NCBI RefSeq assembly: GCF_006345805.1
Contig: NC_043002.1
Location: 27,280,001-27,344,000 of the forward strand
Source: Octopus sinensis
Taxonomy: Eukaryota
Reading direction: 5' to 3'
Length of the DNA: 64,000 nt
Part shown: piece by piece, positions 10,486 to 25,003 of the stretch
Layout of the letters: each line of letters begins with the position of its first letter
Position numbering within the stretch: position 1 is the stretch's first letter
Position numbers and translations under genes: made by a program
Notes under the pieces: model-generated
The model's database searches: none
Told to the model about the DNA's origin: nothing
The model's input: the letters and a program-made list of their open reading frames with translations, nothing else

Positions 10486-12782
10486 CACTGGTCAGCAGGT
10501 TTTTTTCATCAAATATATATCAAGTTGCATTTAGTGTAGTTTTTTATGCTGATTTCAGATATACAATTAGTTTTTTAACATCACAGTTTTCAAGGTGAGA
10601 AAGTTTTTTGGTTTTAGCTCATGAGTTATATAGAAATTTCAATTAATGAGAGGTATGCATGTATTTCATTTACATCATGGAAACATAGCTTCTAAATAAA
10701 CTACATTTTTCATTACTACAAAGTTCAGATGCAATATTTCATCGTTTGAAATTATCCAGTCAAGTTTTGTGTGACGAAATAGATATTTCACCATCTCCAA
10801 TTGTCCAGTCACAATTGGTTTGATGAAATAGTTCATCATCTCAAAGTCAATATAAGTATAATCGTTTGTATTTATTTCCTTACTTGTTTTACAGTGTTAA
10901 CAATGTCAAGATAGTGTAGAAATAGTCCTGATGTGTTTTTTGTGGCTGTGGACAATTTATTGTGAAAGCCCCACAACGTACAATAACACCAGAAGTAAAG
11001 AAGATTTATAAGCTATACTTTGACTGTCCTCTTGTAGAGGGTGGTTAACGTAACTGGTTCAATAATAAAAAGAATTCCATGCCTTCTGCCATTCCAATGA
11101 TACGAAGGGAGCCGAAGGATCATATTGGTGACTTATTTTTGGAAAGTAAATTTCACAGGATTATCCATGAAGAATAAACATAAAATTCTATATCCCAATT
11201 TGGATTCTGCAATGAGACCTGTGCCGCACAATTCAAGCTTGCCAATTCCTGTTTCACCAGATGTTATTATTGAAACATCAGCTTATGATGATGGCTGTCA
11301 CAATAGTACTGCTGAGGAAGATTACGTGGAATATGACGATAGCTTTGAACCTCAGAAATTTCCACAAACTGAACTGAATGACCTTATCAGAGACCTATTC
11401 CTCTCGAAAGATAAAGCAGAACTGTTGGCATCAAGACTGAAAGAGGAATATCTGCTAGAGCACGGTGTTTCTTATAACTTATTTTCGACAGAGAAGTGTG
11501 GTTCTACAAACGTGTTTTTCTGTTGAAGGCCCGCTTTGCTTTTGCAGTAAAATCGACGGACTTTTCGAATAACAAAATCGTGACCCTGCCGAGTGTCGTC
11601 TGTTTATTGACTCTTGAAAACGAAGTTTAAAAGCTGTAATGTAAAGCCCTCTATTCCTATCGCACACTCTGTTCATCTTCATGAATCATATGAGAATATG
11701 GATCTTTAACTTCATGCAATTGCCTATGAAAGATACTCATGGAAAATATGTAGCTATTTAAAAGTCGTTGGAATGTTAATGAGAATATAGTCACGTTTCA
11801 CAAAATACTGTTCTTTCTTGTATCTGTGAGATAGTCGGGCCACTGACAGACGTTATTCGGAATCAAACAGGCAGAGAAGAACATCATACTAGCCAGTACT
11901 GTCTGGTTTTAAGAATACACCTCTTGTAGATCCATGAAATGCCCTATTGCCTCCTCCACACATAAAGTCTGGAATGAAGATACAGTTTGTAAAGACACTG
12001 GCAAAGAGAAATTCCAGAGAGTTTGGTGTACTGTTTCCCCAAATCACACAGAAGTTGAAAAAGGGTATCTTTGTCGGACCATAAATTAGGGAAGTACTCA
12101 AAGATGTCAACTTCACGTCAACATTGGATGAACTAAAACTGCCTCCCTGGAATACTCTAAATTGTTTCTATGAGAATTTCCTGAGCCACAAAGCAGGCAA
12201 TGGACTAAAAAGATGGCATGAATGATCTTCTGAAAAGTTACTCAGCAATAGGTTCTTGCATGTCACTGAAAGTTCATTTTTGGACACCCATCTGAATTGC
12301 TTCGCAGATAAGCTTAGAGCAGCGTCTGATGAACATGGGGAAATATTTCACCAGAACATTAGTGCTAGGTAGAAAAGGTACCAAGGCTTCTGGAATGACA
12401 GTATGCTGACTGACTACTGCTAGACACTTTACCATGCTCAACCAGAGCAAGAACACCGCAGGAAATCCAAATCACAATGTTTCTAACTCTGTTGTTCTAA
12501 CTTTGTTTTATCTGACCTAGTTTTTTGTTTATTCACTCTTTGTAGAATGATAGTGATGAATTTTAAATCAAAGAACACATTTACTTTCTAAAAATAAGTC
12601 CATATTTGTTACGTTAACGATTTCATTTATACAAATATGTAAATATTTGCATGTATCTACTTAAAACTGTTACGTGCTGCATACAAACGCAGTGAACGTT
12701 TGAAATAAGCAGGAAAAATTACTCTGAAATTGTTAGCCTGCATTCATAATGAATATAATACATTTAATTTTGTTGGCCAGTG
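10486..12782 (+). mobile_element. Chapaev(3)-like DNA transposon with decayed transposase
   Basis: Termini CACTGGTCAGCA / TGTTGGCCAGTG with a 3-bp TAC duplication on both sides. Family assignment from recalled motifs. Confidence 0.8.
10903..12486 (+). pseudogene. Transposase pseudogene of the Chapaev-like element
   Basis: CRNSPDVF, YPNLDSAMRPVPH, AELLASRLKE, LFIDS*KRSLKAV, LLPPPHIKSG, SDEHGEIFHQ; many stops and frameshifts. Confidence 0.85.
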
Positions 12783-13109
12783 TACTCAGTGATTCAAATT
12801 AAATTTGAAATTCAAATGACCTGATTATATCTTCAGAGGGGAAAAATATACTTTTGGATGTTTTATCTGTGTTTATGGCTTCATTATAACAGACTGTATG
12901 ATAATGTTTATGATTTATATCTTCATATGTTCGGGAGAGGGGTTTGTAGGTTGATTGGAGGTAATATACAGTAGGTAAATAAAATTAGAGTAACAAATGA
13001 ATAAATTAAATAGAGTTGACAGAGGAAATCTAAATTTAGATAAGGTAAGAATGGAATATTCGTTTAGAAGGTATCAATAAAGTTAAGAAAATTTGTATAT
13101 ATATATAAG

Positions 13110-13245
13110 TACGTACGCATACATATACACACATACATATATGCATTCGTACATCCATATATATATACACAGACACGCATATACATACCTCCATACGCAC
13201 ATACTCATCTGCGTATATATGCACATACTCATCTGCGTATATATG

Positions 13246-13296
<51 letters not shown>

Positions 13297-13362
13297 ATAT
13301 ATATATATATATATATGAGCGAACACATTAATACGTATACACACTCATACATCTATGTATAT

Positions 13363-13407
<45 letters not shown>

Positions 13408-13410
13408 CAC
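13110..13410. repeat. Compound (TA)/(CA)/(TACA) microsatellite with duplicated gcacatactcatctgcgtatatat unit
   Basis: Direct reading. Confidence 0.9.
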
Positions 13411-14011
13411 ACACACACGTTTACACATTTTGCCCATCATCCCTAAGAGGAAATTAATATAGACCCATATTGGTCAATTAAGTATGATTGGTTAATGAAA
13501 TTTTGAATAATTTTGCTTACTCTATAGCATTTCAAGGGAAAAATATTTGTTTGAACGGTTTTATAAATTTGTGGTGGCTGAGTTTTCGTATGATAATAAT
13601 AAACGTCTATGCACACATGTCTACAAGCGTGCGTACATAAATATATATGTGGGGGGTAAGAGGGTGCGCGTGTGTATGCATATATACATGAATACATACA
13701 TATGCAGATGCACATACTTACATCCGCACACAGCCTTCTGATAACACTATGCTGAGGTCATATGAATTTCATATTTAATTAGATTCACTGAGTATTAATT
13801 GAAACAACTGTAAGGGATGATGATTGATTTATTTTTAATAATAAACAATTACTAACTTCACAATCTCAGTTTTCTCTTTCGTCTTTTATATGAATATATA
13901 CTTTATGTTTATGTTTTATATATATACCTTTCATTTTAAGGGAATTAATTCCCAAATCATATTAGGTTTCCTTGATAAAACCATCCTTTGGTGAGGTTAA
14001 CACAACTTCTA

Positions 14012-14056
<45 letters not shown>

Positions 14057-14063
14057 TACATAC

Positions 14064-14118
<55 letters not shown>

Positions 14119-14137
14119 TATATATATATATACATAC

Positions 14138-14190
<53 letters not shown>

Positions 14191-14198
14191 ATATATAT

Positions 14199-14271
<73 letters not shown>

Positions 14272-14897
14272 CATACATATATATATATGTATGTGTGTGT
14301 GTATGTATGTATATATGTATATCACGTTTTGGCAGAAGACCATTGGTCTAGGTGGATTCGTTAACATCGACTTCAGACTTAACTATTTTATATTTTATCG
14401 AAGCCAACGAACGATTGGCAAGTTCAACCCCGGTACAATTTGAACTCAGAAGGTAAAGATGGACCACATGCCGCTGGGCATTTTATTCGGTGAACAAAAG
14501 ATTTTGCAACCATGTTGCCTTTGTTTCTTATGTGAATATCAGAGCAATGATTCGTGAAAGTTATCAATGATGCTCGGCGTGAAATCTGTCGAAGTTTACC
14601 GATTATTTTTACAGAACTGCATGAAATATTTAGCTGTAGCAAGAAAAATGTAATACATATTACAAAATATTAATGACATCTTAGAAAATTTACGGATTGG
14701 TTTTAGAAAATATAATAAATATAGACAACTTACTAATATTATTTTAACTTTTCTTGAAATCTATTCTTCATTACAGTGAAAAATATGAATTTTCTTCTTT
14801 TTGCTTCTTTTACTTCCTTCATTCAACACTGCTTGACCTGAAACACGAATGATTAATTACTATACGTGTATGTAGTAGATAGGTATGTATGAAAGGA

Positions 14898-14968
<71 letters not shown>

Positions 14969-15022
14969 TAGGTAGATATAGATATACATATATATATATA
15001 TGTATGTATATATATATATATA

Positions 15023-15059
<37 letters not shown>

Positions 15060-15183
15060 ATACAATTTTATATTTGTACACAAAAATATATATTGGACAT
15101 ATATATATATATGTATAATAATATCTTATATATATTTATATGTGTGCGTGTGTGTATATTTAAATACAAATATTATATAGCAT

Positions 15184-15226
<43 letters not shown>

Positions 15227-16010
15227 ATAACATTATATATGCACATACATATATATGCGTGTGAATAAGTACATACAGACATAAATATTTTTGTCTTCGT
15301 TTGTCTCACATTTAGCTAAGTTCGTCGTTATATACTTTACACGATGATGGATTCCTAGTCAAACTTTATTTTCAGCTTTGCTGGTGCAAACGGGTCAAAT
15401 TGAATATAATATGTAATGTAGAACTTAAGTTTTTATATGTTTTAATTTATTACTAGTAAAGTAAGATAAATAAATCACTCGCTTAAAATTTCGTGCATAT
15501 TTTTAGCAAACATCTTCTATGTACGTTTAAGAAATATATGCATCAAAGTCAAGCATTTTGGCCTTATATGTACTGTAGATCTGTTAAATAAATAGGTACT
15601 CATAAACACAAGCATACACACACATACCTACACGCACACACACACATATATATGTGTCGGTAGTTATATACATGTGTGTGTGCGCGTGTGCGTGTGTGTG
15701 CGTGTGTGCGTGTGTGTGCGCGTGTGCGTGTGTGTGCGCGTGTGCGTGTGTGTGCGCGTGTGCGCGTGTGTCTAACGATTGTTTTTGAATACAAAAACAA
15801 GGGAAGAAGAATTACGTAATCAAGTTAATTGCAAATTATTGTTCCCTCATCATATCATTTCTTTAATTTCATATAAATGTATCTGTGCTGTGTGTATGTG
15901 TATATATATGAATATATATATATATATATATAATATAATATATATATTATATATATATATATATACATACATATAATGTATGTACGTCACAGTTCCTAAA
16001 TAATCAGATG

Positions 16011-16057
<47 letters not shown>

Positions 16058-16405
16058 TATAAACAATTCATAAATGAGGGCAAAGGAAAAAATTTCTAAT
16101 TGCCAAATATGCCGAAAAATTGGACATATTGTCCATTAAACATATAGTTTTCACAATACGCACGCTACTCGTAAAAAGGTCGACAGAAATTTTTTAAAAA
16201 TTCCAGTATTACCATATCGGATCGATTTCAGAGTTAGCTACTAAGAGCCCTCTCTTCGTCAGTGATACATGTAGCAAAAGAAATAAATGAGATACTTACT
16301 CATACCCATGGAAGAAGCATATGGTTAATGGACAATATGTCCAATTTTTCGGCATATTTGGCATTAGAAATGTTTTCCTTTGCCCTCATTTATGAATTGT
16401 TTATA
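16058..16405. mobile_element. IR-bounded (~88 bp) short element with internal HHR
   Basis: 16058-16146 is the reverse complement of 16318-16405. Confidence 0.8.
16215..16267 (-). ncRNA. Minimal type I hammerhead motif
   Basis: TATCA-CTGACGA-AGAG..CTCT-GAAA-TCGA-TC/CGATA. Canonical core; closing pair of stem I mismatched. Confidence 0.7.
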
Positions 16406-16481
16406 AATTTAACCGTTAAAGGTATTTTTTTAATATGCTGGCCATTGATAAAATATTTTTCGAAAAAAATGTTTAACTCAC

Positions 16482-16562
<81 letters not shown>

Positions 16563-16899
16563 AAAAAAACAGAAGATTTGTTTTACATAATTTAAGAATT
16601 TATTAGATCCATGATAATAAAGATATGCAATTTAGTAGAAAGTAAGGTTCTGTTCTTTCAACATAATTGAATTAAGGACCGGTTTCGCATTGCTCATCAT
16701 GGTGAGAGTTGAAAAACACATATCGCTAGGGGAAGAAAATATATTTCTAGGTGAGTTAATTGTTCACTCACTTATTTTGCAGTAAAGGGGAGGTAAATCT
16801 GTAATTTTTATATTTTTCGTGTTCTCTGTTTTATTCTGGCTTATATTTTACATTTGGTGGAGTAAGTTTTTTATAACCTCTTATGCACAACCCTCAACT

Positions 16900-18050
16900 C
16901 AATCTTCATTAACAAACCTAGCAAGGAACAACACCCACAGCTAAATGACACTCATAACAAATTTTTACAAAAACCATAAACAAACCGAACAAATACCAAC
17001 CCACAGTGAATGGAACGCATTACGACTCCGTACTATCACCCACCTATCTGATCAAAAAGAAAATAGATAACATATGGAACACAAATCTTCTCAACAAAAG
17101 ACTTGCTTTCTAGAATATGATTAAAAATACAGGCAAAGCAGAAATTTAAGCACGTTTGATAAACTCTACATCAATGATTCTCCCACGCAATTCCAAATTA
17201 AAATGACAAGAAATCAACCTGGTGGACAGAGGATAATTAGGGAAAGGCTAGCACTGGCTCACTTAAAGTCAGAAATTAAACTACTAAAATTAAGAGCTGC
17301 AAACAATGAAGAAAGATAGAAAAACATCGACGATGCGATACAGAGGAAAATTAACACATACGAACTTACTTTCATAGAAAATAATATTAACCTTTGGGAG
17401 GAAGCATGTGAAACAGAAGAAAGAAATACCCTCCAACACTGAGAGAAAGTGATAATTTCTTCCAAAAGTATGAATTGATTTTCAAAGGGGAATTCAGTTC
17501 AGATAACCCATTCATAAAGAAAAAAAAAACAAAAAAAATTAAGCAACAAACAAGCTACCCACAATCATTATAGCACAATAGAGAACAATCCTACAAACCC
17601 GTATTATCATACATGCACCATGGACGGAAATCGAACATCCACATTCTGGTGGCAGGCATAGTTTTGCCATATCCCAGATCTATAAGCCCATCTCACAAGC
17701 CAAAGCTTTCAGACGGTGCCGCAGCGAATTCAGGAACTTTGCCCCCTTCCCGGGAACTATGGGAACACCGACCCCACACACAATGCTAAACCCAGAACCT
17801 TTAAACACCCACACACACAAAACAATCCAAGAGTTCAACATCACCATCCACCCAACCCAAATCCCTACTTTTACACGGACAGGTCATACCAAAACAACGA
17901 CCAACATTTTCCAGCCCCAGAACAGGAAAACGGGACATATTTTGGAACAAGCATCAACATACCAACACACCCCATAGTTATGGAATAGAAGCAATCCATT
18001 TCTGGCTGGACAAATATCCAGAAGAAATACCAGAACCGGTCAACAAAGAC
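16900..18050 (+). pseudogene. Decayed ORF relic, probably retroelement-derived (family unassigned)
   Basis: Frameshifted peptide IWNTNLLNKRLAF...RIIRERLALAHLKSEIKLLKLRA...NLWEEACETEE followed by Pro/Asn/His-rich low complexity. Confidence 0.4.
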
Positions 18051-19236
18051 TTCATAATCGAATCAATTTTCTACATACATACATTATATATATATATATA
18101 CATATACATATCGAGTGCTCCTGTAAAGACCTTGACCCTCCCGGCATCATTGCCTCAATAAGTTCCGATGTGTGTTTCATAGCAAATTATGGGAATCTAT
18201 TCAAAATATTTGCAATATTAAACAAAAGATCGTTATTTGTAATTTCTTGCAGACATATCACAATTTATTTTGCAGCTATAGACTTGATAATTTATTTTAT
18301 TGGTTACATAATAAATTTGCAATACTCTCAGTTGTGACCATATTTTACAAACGAAATGATTATTTCTTTATAACCTACAAAACGTCACCAAGAGCAGGTT
18401 CTTTTACTCATGAATATTGTACATATAAAACTGATGATATTAATTTGTCAGGTATTTTGAGGTGGGAATAAATGTAAATTTCAGATGCTCGACGCCAATG
18501 ATAAATAATGAATCATTTCCCAATAGTTTTTTTTTTTTTCTAAAACTAATCTAATCTGAATATACATTTTTGCATTCATATTTAAATGTGCTTGCGAATG
18601 TTTTTCATTTGTATTGCCACGACGTTTTCTTATATATTAATTGTTGGTACAATGAAAACGATAAAGGAAACGTTTAATGATTAATGCAATTTCCGATGTT
18701 AGTAAAGCAACCCCACAGTATTTTATGTATTTATAAGAATTGTTCATTGATTTGTAAACAACAACATTCACGAAGTCAAATATTATTCCTTAATTTGTCG
18801 AGCGCCAATCGCACTTTTTCATAACTAAAAATATATTAGCACCTTCCGAAATATTTTGCAAATTTTTATCATCTAAAAGTCTACATTCAATGTTTTGTAG
18901 ATACATATAAGAGGATGAGACAAAATACATGTGTTTTTCATAACAGCAACATAGCAACAAGACATAGGTCATATTTTTGTCGTTATTACCTTTACAATGT
19001 CACATCAGACGACACTGACTTGAGATAGCAGACTACATTAAACATCACTAATATACATGAACATAAAAATATAAAAGTATAACTTTTGTAGAATAATACG
19101 CAAACATTTTATCATAAACCAAAGATGTCATTCATTCTCCTCCAGTGATCTACGGATATCATCTTCTGGCATCTGTATCCCATCAGATTTTTTTGACCTC
19201 TGTTCTTAATCGGTACCGCACACTCATCCACCTAAA

Positions 19237-19651
19237 CTCTTTTACTCTTTGACTGTTTTACTTGTTTCAGTCATTTGACTGCGGCAATACTGGAGCACCA
19301 CCTTTAGTCGAGCAAATCGACCCCGGGACTTATTCTTTGTAAGTCCAGTACGTATTCTAGCGTTCCCTTTTGCCGAACCGCTAAGTAACGGGGACATAAA
19401 CACACCAGCATCGGTTGTCAAGCAATGCTAGGGAGACACAAACAGACACATAAACATACACACACACACACATCTATATACATATATACGACGGGCTTCT
19501 TTGAGTTTCCGTCTACCAAATCCACTCACAAGGCTTTGGTCGCCCCGAGGCTATAGTAGAAGACACTTGCCCAAGATTCCACGCAGTGGCACTGAACACG
19601 TAACCATGTGGTTTGTAAGCAACCTAATTACCACACAGTCACTCCTGCGCC
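19237..19651 (-). mobile_element. Full-length SINE (family A)
   Basis: Minus strand: ggcgcaggagtgactgtgtggtaa head through ggtggtgctccag..cagtcaaatgactgaaac tail. Confidence 0.93.
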
Positions 19652-19699
19652 TAAAGTGCATAATATTTTCATTGCTATCTATCCTCAAATTATGAGTAA

Positions 19700-22330
19700 G
19701 TGATTCTAGAACATTTTGATTTTTGGCTAGATATTGTGGCCATCCACCAACAAGAGAGGTTTTCTTTCTGAAAGTGCTTAGCAAACTCTTAAGCTGGTCT
19801 CAATTTTCACAATAACTGCAGTCATAGAAATCAGCGCAATAACCTACACTAAGGAACAAAACGAATCCCCTTGAAGTATTCCCTTTTGGAGTTTTATATT
19901 TCTCTATAATTCTTTGCCACACTTTCATTTAACATCCTGAATGGTATTGCTTCTTCTAAGAAGAAAAAGTTAATCTCATAGTTACTGGGGATATTCAGGC
20001 ACTCTAAATGCATTGCATTATCAGATGTTTTCTTTTAGTGTGACTATCAGCGGTGCTCCTATACGCACATCATTGAATAAGATTCTATCCATATATATCC
20101 TATAAACCGGCAGTTCCGTTGATTCCTTTTTGCATTCATATTTTCTAAAAAAAATATGGATGCAAAAAAAGAAAGAAAGTATCAGTACCCAGCAATTTCC
20201 AAAAAATAGAAGGCGCGTAATAGACTTATATTAATTTCCATGCCTCCCCATCTTTCACAATTCTGTAGTAACACTGTCTTTCCTTTGTTGTCCACGTTGG
20301 TGCAGTAAGAAGCAGGCATGTGAAAAGTTTAGGCCAAAATCATTCAATAGCATCGACACCAGAAGTTTCCCAGTTTGATATTTTGAATCATACGTTTCAC
20401 TTTCCATTCTGTAATGTTTATATCATCTTCTGTTTTTTGGGTTTTTTTTTAAACTTTCAAACTCGCATAACTAACCAGCTTCACAATTCTGCTGGACGGC
20501 CTTACCCTAAATGTCCGACTCAACATGTCTTGCTTCTTCAGTATTTAACAATTGTCTTTGCAAATGTTCATTCTCATTAATGGGTTATTGGTAAATTTCA
20601 TTTTCATTTTTTCAGAGAATGTTGTTCGAGTGACACCGATTAATTGTTATATGTAACATTTGTAACCGACATTTCAGGTTCTTTTTGTGTTTCATCACTT
20701 ATTTAGCAAGTAGTGATTCCGTGTGCCTAATGTTATAATTTCGTTAAATATCAATCTTATGGCTTTTTTCAATACTATATTTTCAATTATATCTTTTATC
20801 CTTCCAAGATATTTATTGAGCTACTTAACTTGCCTCTCCAGTCTCCGCTTCCACCATATTTCTTTGACCTTTATTCTGGTCTACTTTTAACTCCTAGAAT
20901 TTCTACAGTAATCGAAGCTTCACAATGTATAATGTCATTTACTCTCATATTTTCAACTTTGATTTTCGCTAATTGTTTATCCAGTCTCTATGCAGATTTT
21001 CGTAGAATTTTATTTTTCATTCCTTCTCAAAGCTGGTAATCATATCCTATCCCTATTTCGTCATTCAAACATTAAAGTAAACTTCAGTCTTTTTCTCTGC
21101 TATGACTTTCCTCTAAGAAATAAAACTTTTCAAGCTTGCTATTTTTTCTTTCTTTCTGATATTTCAATCTTTGATCTTTCTGTCATTTCGAGTTTAGTTT
21201 CCTCTCATGTGATATGGTATTATTCTACTCATCTGCGAATTCCTACCATTTCTTACAGAGACAGACATTGTTTGTATCTGTGTACAGGTCAGCTCTACTA
21301 GCATTACTTTTCTGTATCTTATATTAACAGCCTCGCTCCTGTATTACCAGTCCATGACAATTCTGCTGTCACACCTTATAGAAATTGCTGAATGAGACTA
21401 TCTAGTATCAATAAAGCAGTTGTGAATTAAACTTATATCAGGTATAAGGCGCAGAAGTGGCTGTGTGGTAAGTAGCTTGCTTACCAATCACATGGGTCCG
21501 GGTTCAAATAAAATAATAAAAGAATATTACAGCCATAAAGCGGGCTGTTTTAATACAATAACACAAATACCGGTGTCCAAATCGAGACACTGTCTCTAGG
21601 AGGGCTGTCAACCGAGAGTTTGGAGTCCTCATTATAAATGTCTTAATCCCATCGGCATCTCGTCGTCTCGGGGTTTTATTTGTTATTACTGTTCTATACT
21701 TTATTAGTGATAATATCCTCAAGTGCATTGTTTTAATGATGTTTTTCTAATTCAATTTTAAAATTCAAATTCATTTTGCACAAATATTCTTTACCCGTTC
21801 CTTCTGTCTTTTCCATACTTTTAATTGTGTAGCTTCCCAGCAGTCCATGATATTCATGTTTCTTCAACATTCGATAATTTGATATTTTCTGCATTACGTA
21901 TATTAGATGTATTCCAATATATTTCGTAGTTTTATTTTCTGCTTCATCTCTGCCATAGTATTATTTTCCATTAGGAAATTCATTCGAATATGGTTGGTAA
22001 ATATTCTTACAATTTGCCTAAAGAACATGAATCCGTTCCTGTCTTTGCCATTAGACTTTAAATCAATCATAATTCAGTCACAAGTAAGAGGGGATTCACT
22101 TTTCTCTTATATTTTCCCCATGAGTACCCTTTCTTAGCTTTGTTTGCCATGTTCGGTAAAAACATTAGTATTATTACAAATATGAGGAAGAGGATCCCTC
22201 TTTCTGCGATTGTTCTTATCTGTTATCTTTCTTCTCCTAATAATATCTCTAAAATCCAATGCCGTATTACCCATTCTCTCAGATGCCTTACTGTTTTTAA
22301 GCCCTGAAGAGGTCTAGATATCGATTAATC
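19700..22330 (-). mobile_element. Highly decayed R4/Dong-like LINE
   Basis: Minus-strand relics ITEWKVKRMIQNI..TSGVDAIE*FW (~20330-20415) and GILQGDSF..VIALI (~19830-19890), comparable to 45140-45320. Confidence 0.6.
21447..21506 (+). mobile_element. 5' fragment of SINE family A
   Basis: ggcgcagaagtggctgtgtggtaagtagcttgcttaccaatcacatgggtccgggttca. Confidence 0.85.
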
Positions 22331-22669
22331 AACGAGCGTGGGTCTAGATCATATTATTTCTCTGCTTTCTATTTGTCAGACTTTCTCTACACTAAACAGA
22401 TTTTGCTATAACTCATTCGTAATTATCCCTGTTAGACCGTACCACAAAATTGGTTGACAGGTAATTAGTCGGTAATTTCAAGCAGTGTTTCCTTTCAATT
22501 TGTTTTCTCCTAAGTATAAATATCTTATATATTCATTTCACTTAAATTATCATGTTGATCTATTTTTTTATATTGTTATATTTTATATTTTGTTTATGTA
22601 TTTTTTATATTGTTATATATTGTATTTTGTTTATGATTGTCTAAGTGACTTTATACTGTCGTTCTTTCT

Positions 22670-22725
<56 letters not shown>

Positions 22726-23921
22726 TCTTTCTCTTTCGCCTCTTCTTAGTTTCCTCTCAAAGTCTTTCTTTCTGGTTCTTGTGTGTCTCTTTTTTCCTCT
22801 TTATTTGTCCTATAATTGTCTTCTCTGTCTCCTTTTCACTTTCCTCGACTTTCTTATTTCCTTGTTAATTTCCTTTTTAAAATATTTATTAAATACCATC
22901 TATCAAACTCTAGACATTCGTATATTGTAACCTAATGCAATAATGTGTTCCCTGATGACCAGTTCTCTTAGAGGAATCAAATGCAGTCAGAACACCATAC
23001 AGTGTTCCAAGCAACCAAAATACTGAAACGTGGGTAAGAACTAATTTGAACATGTGTTTAACTTAATTTCTCTTACATATGATCCGTATTTCATAACTAC
23101 TGATGCTACTTAGTATAAGAATTATTTAACCACTATACTGGGAGCAGATAGAAATACAGTACTCTACGTTGTGTTTTAAGACTAACGTACATCTATTTAT
23201 ACACATGAGATATACTATACACACACATACACACACAAACACACACACACACACACAGACATATGAGATAATCAAGCACATCAGAAAACAGTTAAAACGC
23301 ACAGGGCATGTACAAATATAGAAACCACTCCCACTCATCAGCCGTTGACTGAAAGTCAATGCAATTTCGTTTCCAAGTGATGTCGAGAATGATGTCAAGA
23401 TTAAGAAAAGTATATGTATACGAGAATATGTAAAGACATTAAGAGCAAAAAACCGGTTGCTCGACCAAACGAAAAGTCAGTACATATGTCGATGACAAAC
23501 AGAATATAAGACCAAGTCAGAAATTTTGTAGAAGAGTGAATGTTTTTCGACGACAGTGAAAAGTATCAAAACAATGATGATCACACATAATGTATCTCTA
23601 AAAGACGTCCACTCTTCAGTAAATAAAATTAGGGATATACGAAAGGAAGAGAGGAGAGAGAAACAGAGAGAGAGAGAGAGAGAGATCGTTGCCACCCAGT
23701 ACATTCATGAGTGAAAAGCAATGAAGCTTGCTTAGGCAGTAGAATTACGAACATTTGAAAACGGATAAGAATTGAGAGGAAATTTAGAATCAAACAGGAA
23801 AGAGGTTAGCTGAGGGAATATTGTAATCACTGAAGAATGATGGAATAGGTGAGAAGCGAGAATGTGACAGAGATATGGAGGTAATCATGTAGAACATAAA
23901 TAGATAAGGACAGAGATAGAT

Positions 23922-24000
<79 letters not shown>

Positions 24001-24681
24001 GTTAATGGAAATGGAGTCAGGGAATAACTAATGGGAATAACGAAACTAAATTGCTGTAAATAACTGACTAACTTAAAATGACAAATTGAACACACAAAGG
24101 GAATGGAGCGAGTGGGTAAGAGTGAAATTAAAAAAAAGATTCATATAAACCAAAATATATACAAGAAATAAACATTGAAAATGTACCTACAACAATATAT
24201 CTCATTATATCTAAATATATTCTTAATGTATGAAATCACCATGCCTGCCATTATTTTGAAGAGCTAAAATATATGGCAAATACTGTTTATGTCAAATCAT
24301 ATTGTGGTATTATACTGTCATTATAATTATATAAAGCACAGATATATTATATCAAGTATAAAATATCAAAAATCATATTTAACTTAATAAATGATTGCTA
24401 TTTAATAAATATTTCTCAGCTTAAATTATTATCGAAAAAAATATCTAAAGAAGACATATATCATTGCGCTAAGACTTTCTTCATTCTAAAAGCCATTAAT
24501 GAAATATAAACATGTCACCTTAATATATCGCTATTTATTGTAATGAAACTATCTAATTTAAATTCTTCGGAGAGAGATGGATTGTTTATTAATCAAAACA
24601 AACTGAAATACAAAAACACACATGTAAACATATGCACACAAACAAATATATATCTACCTGACTACCTACCTACCTATATGA

Positions 24682-24722
<41 letters not shown>

Positions 24723-24840
24723 CATATATGTATATATATATGCATATATATATATAGGTATACGTAAGTATGTATCTCTCTTTGTCTCTCTATATATACT
24801 TATATATATAGGTATACGTATGTATGTATCTCTCTTTGTC

Positions 24841-24871
<31 letters not shown>

Positions 24872-24966
24872 TATATATATATATATAAATATATCTATAT
24901 TAATATATACATATATATACGCAGTGGTGTATATGTATGTATGTATGTAAGTATATATATATATAC

Positions 24967-25003
<37 letters not shown>

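Noticed and set aside
22310-22370. CTGAAGA with ggtctagat direct repeat
   Set aside because: No downstream GAAA; lies within the Dong relic.
22945-23042. Plus-strand CTGATGA-CCAGT...ACTGAAAC..TA
   Set aside because: Stem II register and stem III do not pair properly; too degenerate to call.
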